This document shows, piece by piece, positions 10,600-27,170 of a DNA stretch of 61,188 bases. Location of the stretch: the NCBI RefSeq assembly GCF_006345805.1, contig NW_021832566.1:1-61188 (forward strand). The letters run 5' to 3'. The stretch is from Octopus sinensis (Eukaryota). Numbering within the stretch: the stretch's first letter is position 1; every line of letters begins with the position of its first letter. The position numbers and the translations under genes were made by a program. The notes beneath the pieces were generated by a model. That model saw only the letters and a program-made list of their open reading frames with translations, had not been told where the DNA came from and searched no databases.

Positions 10600-10810
10600 A
10601 TAAAGTTAATTCAAACAAGAAAGCACAAAAAAAACACAACAACGAGAGGACGTGGAACAAATATAGTATTATTGGACGCTCAGGAAAGAAGGGAAGAAGG
10701 AGAGTTTAACGTTTCGAGCGGAGCTCTTCGTCGGAAACATAGGAGAAGGAAAGATCCCGAGAAGGGAAGACAGAGGAAAAAATCGTCAACGGTACACACG
10801 AGGTAACATG
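10600..10810 (-). mobile_element. Penelope-like non-coding repeat with a hammerhead-like motif at 10704-10738
   Basis: On the minus strand: GTTT-CCGACGA-A-GAGC/GCTC-GAAACGTT-AAAC. Confidence 0.55.
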
Positions 10811-10851
10811 TGTATATATATATATATATAATATATATATATATTATATAT

Positions 10852-10898
<47 letters not shown>

Positions 10899-11270
10899 AA
10901 AGGCGGTGTTCCATCATGGCCGCCGTAATAGAATAAAAGAATATACCTAGAAACCTGTATACATACATACATACATACATACATACATACATACATTGCA
11001 TACAAATACATACATACATACGTACATGCACACACATAAATATATATATACATACACATACATATGTATATACATATATACGCATAAACACACACACACA
11101 CACACACACACACGTATACACACACATACGCATATCTTTATCTCTAGTGGAAGCGATATAGTTTGATGTAAATCTGTACCCAAACGCATGAAGACTTCGA
11201 GCAGCTCATTTTTCCAGGTTCATTGACACCCAAATACCATTCCATTCCACAGACCTTTTGCTCTCACCCA

Positions 11271-11312
<42 letters not shown>

Positions 11313-11809
11313 AACACACACACATATGCCCCTCCTCCTTAACATACAATTATTTTAATGAGGTCAGATAGGATTCGGTTTATGTGTGAAAGTTTGACGG
11401 AGCTGACGTAGCTAAGGGGTCGGGCACAGGGCTACGTGATTTAAGCGTACACCACATCCGGTATTTTTATGAGTTTTACTTTTCAATCCCTACGACCCTT
11501 TCTGCTGCTGCCCCCGTTATCGTGATATTGCTATCAAGAACATTATCTCACCGTCCTGGCCTGTCACAAATTTAGATACTGCTTATGCGAAGTTACTGCT
11601 ACTGTCATTCCCATTTTGCCGAGTATTATCAACGTTACCACCACCACCACCACCATCACCACCATCACCATCATCATCACTACAATCACCACCACCACCA
11701 CCAGCACCACCACCACCAATACCACCACCATCACCATCACCACCACCAATACCACCACCATACCACCAATACCACCAATACCATCACCACCACCAGCGCC
11801 GAGTTCACA

Positions 11810-11948
11810 CACCGACCCCACCGCCGGAGCCTCGTGGAGTTTAGGTGTTTTTGCTCAATAAACATTCACAATGCCCGTCTGGGAATCGAAACCGCGTTCT
11901 TACGACCGCGAGTCCGCTGCCCTAACCACTGGGCCATTGCACCTCCAC
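11810..11948 (-). mobile_element. SINE head X fragment
   Basis: Matches 1495-1628. Confidence 0.85.
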
Positions 11949-11949
11949 G

Positions 11950-12090
11950 GTATCCATTTTACAGCTCAGTGGACTAGATCAACGTGGAATGAAGCGCGTT
12001 GTTCGAAGGCACAACGCTTCGGTCGGTTTGGTATTGAACTCACGACTTTAGGCTTTTGAGCCGAATACATTAACCGCCTGATCACACCCC
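11950..12090 (-). mobile_element. Degenerate SINE, head/core Y
   Basis: CAGCTCAGTGGACTAGATCAACGTGGAATGAAG resembles the core at 35250-35310. Confidence 0.6.
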
Positions 12091-12127
12091 TTTACTGGGT
12101 CTAAACCAGTAGGACAGCAGAAACAAC

Positions 12128-12515
12128 GCTAAAAACACCTAAGCTCCACGAGGCTCCGACGGGGGGTAGGGGTGAACCCCGCTGTACTCTTTCACCACAA
12201 CTTTCTCACACTCTTTCTTCCTACTTCTGTCACAAAGCAGAGGAACCATGGTGTAAACCACTATGGTATGGTAAACTTTCAGACCCTAGTCTAGATTGCG
12301 AATCCTTTGTACCCCAGGATGGTTCAGCTCTCCACCCGTTAAAAACCACCGTTTACGGAATGAGGATAACTACGTAGCTTTCGCGCCCGTGCAACCGCCA
12401 GTCTATCGCGTGTGGTGGGTGGATCTTCAAGTTGCCGCACGCATTCTTAGTAGCTTAGAGTAGGCTCGAATTAGAGATTATTCTTTGTGGCTAATGGCGT
12501 GAGTCCTAATTGGGA
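12128..12515 (+). mobile_element. 5'-truncated SINE (body X, tail B) ending in (AGA)n
   Basis: The ~280-bp tail is nearly identical to 19230-19512. Confidence 0.85.
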
Positions 12516-12840
12516 GAAGAAGAAGAAGTAGAAGAAGAAGAAGAAGAAGAAGAAGAAGAAGAAGAAGAAGAAGAGAAGAAGAAGAGAAGAAGAGAAGAAG
12601 AAGAAGGAGAATATGAAGAAGAAGAAGAAGAACAATGAGGAGGAGGAGGAGGAGGAGGAGAAGAACAAGAAGAACAAGAACAAAGAGGAGGAGGAGGAGG
12701 AGAGGAAGGAGAAGAACAAGAACAACAACAAGAACAATGAGGAGGAGGAGGAGGAGAAGAAGAAGAAGAAGAACAAAGAGAAGGAGGAGGGGGAGGAGGA
12801 GAAGAAGAAGAAGAAGAAGAAGAAGACAACATCAACAAGA
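12516..12840. repeat. (GAA/GAG/AAC)n purine-rich tract
   Basis: Direct inspection. Confidence 0.95.
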
Positions 12841-13089
12841 ACAAGACAAGCTGAAATATTACCAGTAATAACAACAGTTAACAACAACAGCAACAACAAC
12901 AATAAAAGCGTTTGTAGCAGTGACGTCAACATTAATAACAACAGTGACTGCAAGGCTAACAGCAACAACAACAACAACAGCAATAAGATCGATAGCGTCT
13001 ACAAAAGAACACCGACAATGTACTGGCGAGAGGACCTCTGCGTGGATGATTGATCTGCTAGAAATAAGAAGAAAATTCTCTACCATCAT

Positions 13090-13451
13090 CCTAAGACAAT
13101 ATCAGCCGCTGCTACCACGACCACGACCACCTCCACCGCCACGACCAGGACTACCGTCACTGCCACCATCACTAAGACGACGATGACCACCACCACCACC
13201 AGCACCAATGCCACCACCACCACCACCACCACCACTAGTACCATCATCACCAGTACCATAACTACCACCACTACCATAACCTCCCCACCACCACCATCAT
13301 CACTACCACCACTACCACCACCACCACCACCACCACAGCCACGATCAGGACTACCGTCACTGCCACCATCACTAACACGACGACGACGACGACTACCACC
13401 ACCACCACCACTATCATGAGTACCATCACCACTACCAGTATCATCGCCACA

Positions 13452-13485
<34 letters not shown>

Positions 13486-14140
13486 CCACCACCACCACCA
13501 CCAGTACTATCACCACCACCAGTACTATCACCACCACCAGTATCATTGCCACCACCAACACCACCACCACTACCACCAGTACCATCACCACCACCTGTAT
13601 CATCGCCACCACCAGCACCACAGCAGCAGCAGCAGCAGCAGCGCAGCAACACCACCACCACCACCACCAGTACTATCACCACCACCAGTACTATCACCAC
13701 CACCAGTATCATTGCCACCACCAACACCACCACCACTACCACCAGTACCATCACCACCACCTGTATCATCGCCACCACCAGCACCAGCAGCAGCAGCAGC
13801 ACCACCACCACCACCAGTACTATCACCACCACCAGTACCATCACCACCACCACCACCACCACCACTACTACCACCACCACCACCACCACCACCACCACCA
13901 CCACCACCACCACCACCACCTTCCATCACCTCCACTATCGTCACAGCCTATACTACCACCATCACTACCACCGTAACCGCTGCCGTCATCGCCACCGGTA
14001 ACACCGCTTCGACTGCTTCTACGCTGCCGCCGCATCTACCATTACCATAATTGCCACCACCGCCACCACAACCACCACCACCACTTCCACCACTTCCACC
14101 GCTTACACGCCCCACTATTGCCGCCGCTGTCGCATCCGCA
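13090..14140. repeat. (ACC)n-based complex repeat with higher-order duplications
   Basis: Blocks such as ACCACCACCAGTACTATC recur. The block at ~13480-13620 is repeated at ~13650-13790. Confidence 0.9.
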
Positions 14141-14238
14141 ACCACCTCCTTCCTCTACAATCACAATTTTACTGTCTTAAAAAAATTTGCTGGCATATTG
14201 GATAATACAATCCTTGACATAAAATCTCTGCAAAAGAG

Positions 14239-14277
<39 letters not shown>

Positions 14278-14449
14278 ACAAATAAATAAATAAGTAAATA
14301 AATGAATAAGTGAATAAATGGTAGCATCAACTCGATACAGAGAAATGGAAACAGATTTCTAGACTGGGGCGTGTGAACAAAGTTGGTGTGGACGATTGTG
14401 TTGAAGAAACAAAGAGAACGCCGAAAGTAGAAATTCATCACCACACCCA

Positions 14450-15290
14450 GCTCATGTGCACTTAGAACATACATGGACAGCACTACACATCCACACATAC
14501 ATACATAAACACATGCATACATACAAACATACATACATACATACATACATACATACATACATACATACATACATAAACACATGCATACATACAAACATAC
14601 ATACATACATACATACATACATACATAAACACATGCATACATACAAACATACATACAACATACATACATACATACATACACACACATGCATACATAAAAC
14701 AATACATACATTCACACATACATATATATACATAATACATAATACATACATTCATACATACATACATACATACAAACATACATACATACAAACACATGCA
14801 TATATAAAACATAATACATACATACATACATACATACATACATACATACATACATACATACATACATACACACATGTATATATAAAACATAATACACACA
14901 TACATACAAACATACATACATACAAACACATGCATATATAAAACATAATACATACATTCATACATACATGTACGCATGCATACATACATGCATACATACA
15001 TATGTACATACATGAATGCATACATACAAACACACATGCATACATAAGATATAATACATATATTCATACATACATGTACGCATGCATGAATATATATATA
15101 TACATACATACATGCATATATACAAATGTACATACATAAATGCATGCATGCATATGTACATACATACATATATACATTCATACATGCATATATACATACG
15201 TACATACATGCATGCATGCATACATATGTACATACATATATACACGCATGCATACATACATTCATACATACATGCGTGCATACATATTCT
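14450..15290. repeat. (ATAC)n-based complex microsatellite
   Basis: Direct inspection. Confidence 0.95.
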
Positions 15291-16208
15291 CAAATAGACA
15301 ACCCAAACCATAAAATTCTTGAGCAACCGTTTGCTGTCTTTGATAGTTCACCCATCAAATTTAACAATGATCTAGGCAGCTACTAGACGAGTGCAAAGTC
15401 TTTTTTTCTTTACTTATATGGTGAGAAAGAGCTTCGTGCACGCATCAGACTTATTCTATCGTTCTCACAGAACCAACGAAGGAATCTCTAAGTGGTTACT
15501 CGACTATGAATAACGCTCACATTTCCCTAAAAAAAAATCCACATACGGTAGATCTTCGTAGTTCGACGATGCAGGGTTAAGCACTGGGCAACTTATGCGG
15601 CGTAACTTTACAGTAAGGAGTGGAGCGTAGAATTTGCTGCAATTCAGACCATTACCATTATTGCCGCTGCCGCCGCCGCCGCCGCCGCCACCACTGCCAC
15701 CACCACCACTTGCACGCCCCACTATCGCCGCCGCTGTCGCCTCCGTGTTGCCCCCGAAGATGTTCTGGAACAGTCAATTTGACTGACAGGGCTCGCACTT
15801 GTGGATAGCCATCTCCGCCCCAATAGCGGTGAGCAGATATATTGTCCGGGAACCGACAACGCCAGAGGTCTCTACTGTCAAGGCTCGACCATAAACCTGC
15901 CAGATAGCAAAATGTCCAGTAGTCAAAACAACTGTGTTTGTATGAAAATGCAAGAGATTCCCAATGCAGCTACAGAGATTTCTAGAATTCAGTGTACCAG
16001 TTACCTTTCTCTGTGTGTCCAGGCCATTTAACAAGGCTCCAGATATTTGTCCTGCGTCATGGTTTTCTTATCCAGCATGACGATATGTTGCCACCTGCAT
16101 CAGTTTTCTCCATTGGCCTGATTTGGTGTCCTTAGTTGCGTATACCCCGGACGTTCCGAACTAAACAGAAAAATTCGTGTTCCCCTACAGAAATCAGTTA
16201 ATATCTTA

Positions 16209-16575
16209 CGAAGGTTGGCTGAAAAGCTCATAGGCTGGTGACCAAATGAGGTTTGTTTTTCAACATAGTTCCCCTGGCGGTTCACACTTTTCTTCCATCG
16301 GTGTTGTCGTGCTTGGACCCCATTTAGTGAAGAAACATTCACCGGGCAGGTCAAAGAACATCGACAACAGATATGAAGTCATCGTCACTGCGGTAAAGGT
16401 TCTTAGCCAAGTGTTTTTCATATTGGATAAGACATGATAGCCAGATGGAGCCAAATCAGAAGACTGGGGAAGGTAGTCAACCGGTTCAAAGCCGCAGCCA
16501 TGCACAGCAGCCAACGAAATCAAGGACTTGTGTGCTGGAACATTGTCCTGATAAAACAAGACCCCTTAACTTTTG
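16209..16575 (-). pseudogene. Mariner (DD34D-type) transposase C-terminal remnant with one TIR
   Basis: FYQDNVPAHKS, SSDLAPSGYHVL and QHRWKKSVNRQGNYVEK motifs. TA + CGAAGGTTGGCTGAAAAG terminal repeat at 16207. Confidence 0.85.
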
Positions 16576-16883
16576 TACAAATAAGTAAATATTTTGCATA
16601 CCAATTTATGTAAGGGAACAAGCATTTTCCGGCTTCGCTCAAGACCTCCTGAGGTTTTGTCAATAAGGGGGCCAAACCAGATCGAAACTCTGTGTCTGGT
16701 AATCCACTGGCGTTCTTATGAAAGCCTATTGCTTTTAACACTCAAGTTTCACTCACGAGATTCTCTTGGACAAAATCTAAAAGCTTCTGCTATTGCAACT
16801 TTCTATACAGATTTTAAGTGTTACATTCGACAGTATTTTAAGTTTGAGACTCCACTGATTCCTCTTTAATTATCCACGAAAAC

Positions 16884-16931
<48 letters not shown>

Positions 16932-16999
16932 CGTGTATATACGTCTATCTCTGAACTTATCTAAACTTTTTTGTACTTTCTGCTTTTTCCTACTGTCTT

Positions 17000-17280
17000 T
17001 TCTCTCAGTACGCACTTGTTACTTTGCCTCTCTCTTCCTCCCTTTCTTTTTCCCTTTTATTTTCTCTTCTCCCTTTCTTCCCCTTTTCTCTCTGTTTCTT
17101 CCTGCAGCATCCTTCTTTCTCTTCTTGTTCCCTGTTTATTTCTGTGTTCCTTTCTGTCGAAGAGCGTAGGCTCGAAACGTGAAAGACTTTCTCACTTCCC
17201 GAGCGTTACACTAATACATCTGTTTGTTGTTTACACACCCGTCTTCGTCTTTTTTTTTTGTAAATTCTCACTATATATAT
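17000..17280 (+). mobile_element. Penelope-like non-coding repeat with a hammerhead-like motif at 17150-17185
   Basis: CTTT-CTGTCGA-A-GAGC/GCTC-GAAACGTG-AAAG. Confidence 0.6.
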
Positions 17281-17289
17281 ATATATTCT

Positions 17290-18000
17290 TTTATTCTTTT
17301 TCTTGTTTCAGTCATTTGACTGCGGCCATACTAGACCACTGCTTTGACGGGTTGTGTTGAACGAACAAATTAACCTTTAAGTCTAGTAATTCTTTAGCCT
17401 AGTACGTGTTCTATCGGTGCTTTTTGCCGAACCTTTAAGTTACGGAGACATAAGCACACCAACACCAGTTCTGAAGCGGTAATGGGAGGACAAACACAGA
17501 CACAAAAGACATACATACATACATACATACATACATACATACATACATACATACATGGTGGTGGTGGCTGCCCCTCGTTATCGAGTATGGCCATTGCGCG
17601 AAGCTTAATCAATGTTATCGTGCAATGCCTGTGCAAGAAATTATTTTTAAAGTGAGGAAAGTCTGTGCACTGAGTCAATCCCACTCACTAAGCAACATCA
17701 GCCATAATCCGAAAAGAAGAACAAGTCAACATCATCGGTAACCACTGAGCCGCAGGTTTATGTCGGAGTTATCCCAGTTACCTGAGTTACCTTCTCCTAG
17801 AAGGATGCCCTAACAAAGACTAGGGGTCCTACACATACATACATACATACATACATACATACATACATACATACATACATACATACAGAGGCTATAGTGG
17901 AAGACAGTTGCTCAAAATGCCACGCAATAAGACTGAACCTGGGACTATGTAGTTGGAAAGCAAGCTTCTTACCACACAGCCACGCATGTGCCTATATATG
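17290..18000 (-). mobile_element. Family Z SINE pieces (3' half at ~17290-17510, head at ~17890-18000)
   Basis: TTGTTTCAGTCATTTGACTGCGGCC tail and CTTACCACACAGCCAC head. Confidence 0.7.
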
Positions 18001-18152
18001 TACGTGTGTGTGTGTGTGTGCGTGTGTGTGTGTGTTTGTGCGTATAGTTGAAATTTACAGAAGAACAAAAGACGAAAACAAGTGTTTGATCGACAAGCAC
18101 ACACACACAACCACACACACAAACACACACCACACACACACAACACACACAC

Positions 18153-18192
<40 letters not shown>

Positions 18193-18351
18193 TATTATTA
18201 TTATTATTATTTGGGTTGGTATTCGCAATTTACAACCAAAAGGCACATATAGATAGACATTTTTGTATTTGGTTTGCAAGATTCTTCATGTGAATTCGTG
18301 CGTTGAAACAAATTATTGTTATGTCAGGGGAGAGTCATTATGCCAATATTA

Positions 18352-18399
<48 letters not shown>

Positions 18400-18412
18400 A
18401 CACACACAAACA

Positions 18413-18444
<32 letters not shown>

Positions 18445-19033
18445 CACACACACACACACACACATATGTATATATATATATGAAAGTTTCTGCATTTGTC
18501 CGTGCAAAAAATGTTTGCTAAAGATGCTTGGATATATCCTTTACAATTGATTAACTCTCAAACAAAACACGCTTCACTGTTAAGATATCAATGAAATAAT
18601 TTAGATAAAAATCAGTCGTACTTTCCATTAAACATGGGATGGCCATGTCTGGCATGGCTTCAATCATTGGTCTGTTCAGTCATTAAATGCCAGGCGATGA
18701 ACCTCAACAGAATTAAAGGTGACGATTCAAGCCTTCGCAGAGTTCATTAACAACATAGTTTTGCCCAAGCGTATTTCGCAAGAATCAGTTTCTTCATATT
18801 TCCTTTTCAAAATTTATCGATCACAACCCTAGAATTTTCATATATACTGAGTAATATTTAGACGACATTATTTTAAGCTCCCATTATTTCCCAAAGATAG
18901 ATACGCGAGTTTTCTTATACTTAAGGAAGTTTGGTTCCAAATGATGAGGTAGAGAGCAGTGCTAATTCGTCCCGAAACTCTGCTCCACTAGGCCTGACTT
19001 TAAGATAGATGTTTGTAGCAAACGGCAGCAACC

Positions 19034-19545
19034 GTGGAAGCACAATGGCCCAGTGGTTAGGACAGCGCACTCGCAGTCGTAAGAACGTGGTTTCGATTCC
19101 CAGACCGGGCATTGTGAGTGTTTACTGAGCAAAAACAACTAAACTCCACGAGCCTCCGGCGGTAGTGGGGGGTGAACCCCCCGCTGTACTTTTTCACCAC
19201 AAATTTCTCTCACTCTTTCTTCCTACTTCTGCCACAAGTAGAGGAACCATGGTGTAACCCACTATGATGTGGTAAACTTTCAGACCTTAGTCTAGATTGC
19301 GAATCATCTGTACCCCAGGATGGTTCAGCTCTCCACCCGTTAAAAGCCACCGTTTACGGAATGAGGATAACTACATAGCTTTCGCGCTCGTGCAACCGCC
19401 AGTCTATCGCGTGTGGTGGGTGGATCTTCAAGTTGCCACACGCATTCTTAGTAGCTTAGAGTAGGCTCGAATTAGAGATTATTCTTTGTGGCTAATGACG
19501 TGAGTCCTGATTAGAAGAAGAAGAAGAAGAAGAAGAAGAAGGAGA
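19034..19545 (+). mobile_element. Full-length SINE (head X, tail B) with an (AGA)n tail
   Basis: tRNA-like head, shared body, and tail matching 12240-12515. Confidence 0.85.
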
Positions 19546-19579
19546 AAACGGCAGCAACTGTGTTTCATGGTGCGTGCAG

Positions 19580-19621
<42 letters not shown>

Positions 19622-19934
19622 CACATGTATACACACATGCACAGACACGCCTGTATATTTTGTTCGTTTGATAAAGTTTACAAATATAAATTAAAACAAT
19701 ATTTCAGGAAAAAGTGCATCATATACTTTATGGAATATAATAATAGTTTAGTATAATATAATATATATTGAGTGAATGCGTGTGTGTGTGTGTATCTATA
19801 TATATTATATACATACAAACACAACATACATACATATATGGTGAAAATTTTTTAAATGTTTTAAAGAGCTATACAAATCACGTCACATATCAAAAAATAT
19901 CTAAAAAATACAATCGAAAATACGAAAATTTTTT

Positions 19935-22635
<2,701 letters not shown>

Positions 22636-23030
22636 CTTTACTATTGTTTTGTTGGTATGTTATATTTTGTATATGGAGTAATTTATGTGTATGTTTAAAT
22701 TAAGCCTGTATCCTTGCGTTTGTATATATGTATGTGTATGTGTAATGTCTGTGAGTGTGCGCGTGTCCGTATGTGCGCGTGTCCGTATGTGCGCAATGTG
22801 TATATGAGTGGTATGTATGTGTTTATGTATACTATGAAATGGTGATGATACGGATAGCGGTAGCGTTTGGCGTAGTAACAGGAATAGTTGCGATGGCGGG
22901 GGAGATGAGAGATTTAGCGAAGCTTCGGTTGTGTTAATCCTATTGGACGAGGGCTGGTGGTAGTGGTAGTGGCAGACATGTTGTGTATTAAATAGGTTGT
23001 AGATGATATTGCAGGTATTACAGGTGTGAA

Positions 23031-23340
23031 GGCGCATGGCTCAGTGCTTACGATCGTGAGGTTGTGAGCTCGAATCCCGGATCGGGCTGCGTGTTGTGTT
23101 CTTGAGCAAGACACTTTATTTCACGTCGCTCCAGTTCACTCAGCTGTAGAAACGAGTTGTGACATCACAGGTGCCAAGCTGTATCGGCCTTTGCCTTTCC
23201 TTTGGATAACACTGGTGGCGTGGAGAGGGGAGGCCGGTATGCATGGGCGACTGCTGGTCTTCCATAAACAACCTTGCCCGGACTTGTGCCTGGGAGGGTA
23301 ACATTCTAGGGGCAATCCCATGGTCTGTGTCGTAACCGAA
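23031..23340 (+). mobile_element. tRNA-derived SINE (head/core Y, tail E)
   Basis: GGCGCATGGCTCAG head and GTGTTCTTGAGCAAGACACTT core. Confidence 0.85.
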
Positions 23341-23710
23341 AGGGGGTCCCCGAACAGGTGTGTCGATGTATGTTACAGTAGAGTATAGGAAATTGTAGGG
23401 TCTGAAATTGGTAGTGTATGTGGTGGTGGTGATGGTGATTGGTGGAGTCGATGGGGATGAGGGTGATGGTGGTGGTGCCATGATAATGAGGATGGTGGTG
23501 ATGATGGAGGTGGTGAGGGTGGTAGGGGATGTGGTGCTGGTAGTGTCGTGATGGCGGTGGTGGTGGAGGCAGCAGTGATGTAGCTGATGATGTTGGTAAT
23601 AATGATGGTAGTGATGATGGTGGTGGTGGTGGCGGTGATATTAACAGTGGTGTTTAGTAGCTACATTATTTTTGATGATGTTGGGGATAAACACCCTATT
23701 TCGGTTATGA

Positions 23711-24016
23711 ATGATCATGGGATTGCACCCGGAAAGTTCCCCTCCGAGGGACAAGTCCGGACAAGGTTGTTTAAGGATCACCAGCAGTCGTCCATGCATA
23801 CCAGCTTCCCCTCTCACACTACTGATGTTATCCAAGGGTAAGGCAAAAGGGCTGATAGAGCTTGGCACCAGTGACGTCACAACTCATTTCTACAGCTGAA
23901 TGAACTGGAGCAACGTGAAATAGCGTCTTACTTAAGAACACAATACACAGCCCGGTCTAGGAATCGAATTCACAACCACATTATTGTGAACCCGATGCTT
24001 TAACCACTGAGCCATG
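23711..24016 (-). mobile_element. Second copy of SINE Y/E, in inverted orientation
   Basis: Diverged reverse complement of 23031-23325. Confidence 0.85.
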
Positions 24017-24104
24017 GTCATGGTAGTGGTGTTGGTGAAATTGGTGGCGCTGGAAACGATGATCCCAATGGAGGTGGTTCTGGTTCGGATATTAATGATA
24101 ATTG

Positions 24105-24300
24105 CTTTCTACTCTAGGCACAAGGCCCGAAATTTTGGGGAGGGAACCAGTCGATTAGATCGACCTCAGTACGCAACTGGTACTTAATTAATCGACCCTG
24201 AAATGATGAAAGGCTGAGTCAACCTCGGCGGAATTTGAACTCAGAACGTAGCGGTAGACGAAATACCACTTAGCATTTCGCCCGGCGTACAAACGACTCT
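24105..24300 (-). mobile_element. Nin-domain-like tRNA SINE
   Basis: TACTCTAGGCACAAGGCCCGAAATTTT...GGCGGAATTTGAACTCAGAACG. Confidence 0.85.
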
Positions 24301-24302
24301 AT

Positions 24303-24600
24303 GGAGGCACATGACCTAGTGGTTAGAACAGCGGACTCGAGGTCGAGGGATCGCGGGTTCGAATCTCAGACCGGGAGATGTGTGTGTTTATGAGCGAAAC
24401 ACCAAAGTTCCACGCGACTCCGGCAGAAGGTAATGGCAAACTTCTGCTGACTCTTTCGCCACAACTTTCTCTCACTCTTTCCTCCTGCATCTTGCAGCTC
24501 ACCTGCGACGGACCAGCGTCCCGTCCAGGTGGGGATCCTATACGCCAAGGAAACCAGGAAACCGGCCCTAATGAGCCAGGCATGGCTCGAGAAGGAACAA
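24303..24600 (+). mobile_element. SINE (head X, tail C; V-domain-like CTGCGACGGACCAGCGTCCCGTCCAG)
   Basis: Head and body match the other X copies. The tail is shared with 35142-35240. Confidence 0.8.
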
Positions 24601-24649
24601 ACTAACGGATCTGTCACTCGCCGCCTTGATGTTAATAATAATTATGGTA

Positions 24650-25351
24650 TCGATGGTGGTGATTGTGATATCCTTGGAGATGGTAGTGGTGGTATTGTTA
24701 ATGGCAGTTTGCGTCGATGATAGTGGTAGTAGTCGTGGTGTTGATAAGTTGTTGCGATGGTGATGGTAGTAGTTGTGTTATAGTGGTGCTGGAAATGGTT
24801 ATGTTGGCGTTTTGGTAGTGGTTGTCGTGGTGGTTTGGTTTTCGTGGTGGTTGTGTGATTGTGGTGGTTGTGGTGATAGTAGTAGTGCTGTTAATGGTAG
24901 TGGTGGTTATCAAGGAAAGTTCAGTAGTTGTGGCAGTAGTGGTTGTGATGGTGGTGGTGCTATAGTGGTGGTAGTGGTTGTGATGATAGTGTTATAGTGG
25001 TGGTAGTGGTTGTTATGGTGGTGTTATAATGGTGGTGATGGTTGTGGAGATGGTGGTGTTGTGGTTGTGGTTGTGGTGGAGAGTTTCGTGGTGTTGGCAG
25101 TTGCTGTAGTGGGGGTGGTTGAGGTGATAGTGGTGGCTTGTGATTTCGGTATTGGCGGTAGTTGTAGTGGTTTCCGTTGTGTTGGTGGTAGTTACTGTGG
25201 AGGTGGTGAGATTGTAGAAGTTGTGGTGGTGGCGGTGGTAGTTGTGGTTATGGGGTTGGTGGCAGTAGTGGTAGTACTGGTGGTGGTGGTGGGGGATGGC
25301 TATTGTGCTGTTAATAACGACGCTGTTCAAAATGATGATGAAGACGACGAC

Positions 25352-25382
<31 letters not shown>

Positions 25383-25449
25383 ATGATGATGATGATGATG
25401 ATGATGGTGGTGATGATGATGATGATGATGATGATGACGATGATGGTGG

Positions 25450-25480
<31 letters not shown>

Positions 25481-25560
25481 GATGATGATGATGAGAATAG
25501 TGACGTTGATGTCGATGTTGCAGTTGTTGTTGTTGCTGTTGTTGTTGTTGCAGTGTCGGT
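24650..25560. repeat. (GGT/GTA/GAT)n low-complexity tract
   Basis: Direct inspection. Confidence 0.9.
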
Positions 25561-25799
25561 GCCTGCATCGGTGCCTGATTTTGGAAGAAAGGACAATTAT
25601 TGAAGACACATCCTTTTTCAATGATCCACTATCGATCGGCCGTTTGGTTATTATTATTTTTTTTTTATATAGTTCAATTTTATAATGGTATTGTCTCTTT
25701 CCTGTCGTTGATGTTATTGTAGTCGTCGTTGTCTTACGTACGCATGATTATGTATAAGAGAGTATACGCATATACACACACGCACACGTACATATACGT

Positions 25800-25842
25800 G
25801 TGTGTATATATATATATGTATATATGTATATATATATATATG

Positions 25843-25880
<38 letters not shown>

Positions 25881-26004
25881 TATATATGTATATATATGTA
25901 TATATATACATATATATATATATATACATGCATATATATATACATATATATATAGATATATGCATCTATATATATATATATATATATTATATGCATATAT
26001 ATGC

Positions 26005-26048
<44 letters not shown>

Positions 26049-26270
26049 GTATATATATATAATATATATATGCTTATATGTATATATATATGTATACATA
26101 TATATGTATATATGTGTATATAATATAATATATATATATATATATATATACATATATATACATGTATATATATATGTATATATATATATGTATGTATGTA
26201 TGTAAATATATATATATATATGTATATATATATATGTATGTAAATATATATATATATGTATATATACATG
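25800..26270. repeat. (TA)n/(TATG)n complex microsatellite
   Basis: Direct inspection. Confidence 0.95.
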
Positions 26271-27135
26271 GAGAGAGAGGGGTGGTGGAAAGAGATACAT
26301 ATGCATATAGACACTCGATATATGAGGGGAGGAGGAGGAGGAGGAGGAGGCACGCATAAAATATCATTGGCATTATTACTTCTTTCCTTCTTTCTCATAT
26401 TTACTCGTTCTCACTTTTTCCCTTTTCTTTCCTTTCTTCCATCATTCAATCTCTCGTTCCAATCGGTCTATCGATCTTCCTTCCTTCCTTCCTCCCTTCC
26501 TTCCTTCCTTCCTTCTTCCTTCCTTCCTTCCTTTCTTTCTTTCTTCCTCCTTCCTTCCTTTCTTTTCTTAGCCGTTCGTTACATGACGGGGACATATAAC
26601 AGTCAAACGTGTCGCCGATAAAACTCCCACCCCTGCCCGCGCAATGCATATATCTGTTTGTGATTAATCTAAGCTACAGGTGGCATTAACAATAAAAAAA
26701 AATTACATAAAAAAGAACAAAAAGGCATTGTCATCTAATTATACCAAATCTACATAATTGTATATATACAGTCATATACTTATACATATACCCCCCTCAC
26801 TCCCCACTCCTCCCATATTATACATAGATATACACATGCATATACGCATATACATTTATATATACATCACACACGTATCTGTGTGTGTTCATATATATAT
26901 ATATATATATATGTAATATATATATATATATATTATATATAATAATATATATATATATATATGTATTATAGATATAGATATATATATATATAATATATAT
27001 ATATAAAATATATATATATATATATATATACTTATGTACATGTAATCATACATATATATACTTATATATACAATACATACATATATATACATATATACAT
27101 ACATACATACACCCAACGCATATATATATATATAC

Positions 27136-27170
<35 letters not shown>

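Noticed and set aside
12613-13053. Lys/Glu-rich ORF resembling a coiled-coil protein
   Set aside because: It is the expanded (AGA)n tail of the upstream SINE plus (AAC)n.
18941-18985. TGATGAG...CGAAAC hammerhead-like string
   Set aside because: The C3 position is missing, and no consistent stem I, II and III can be drawn.
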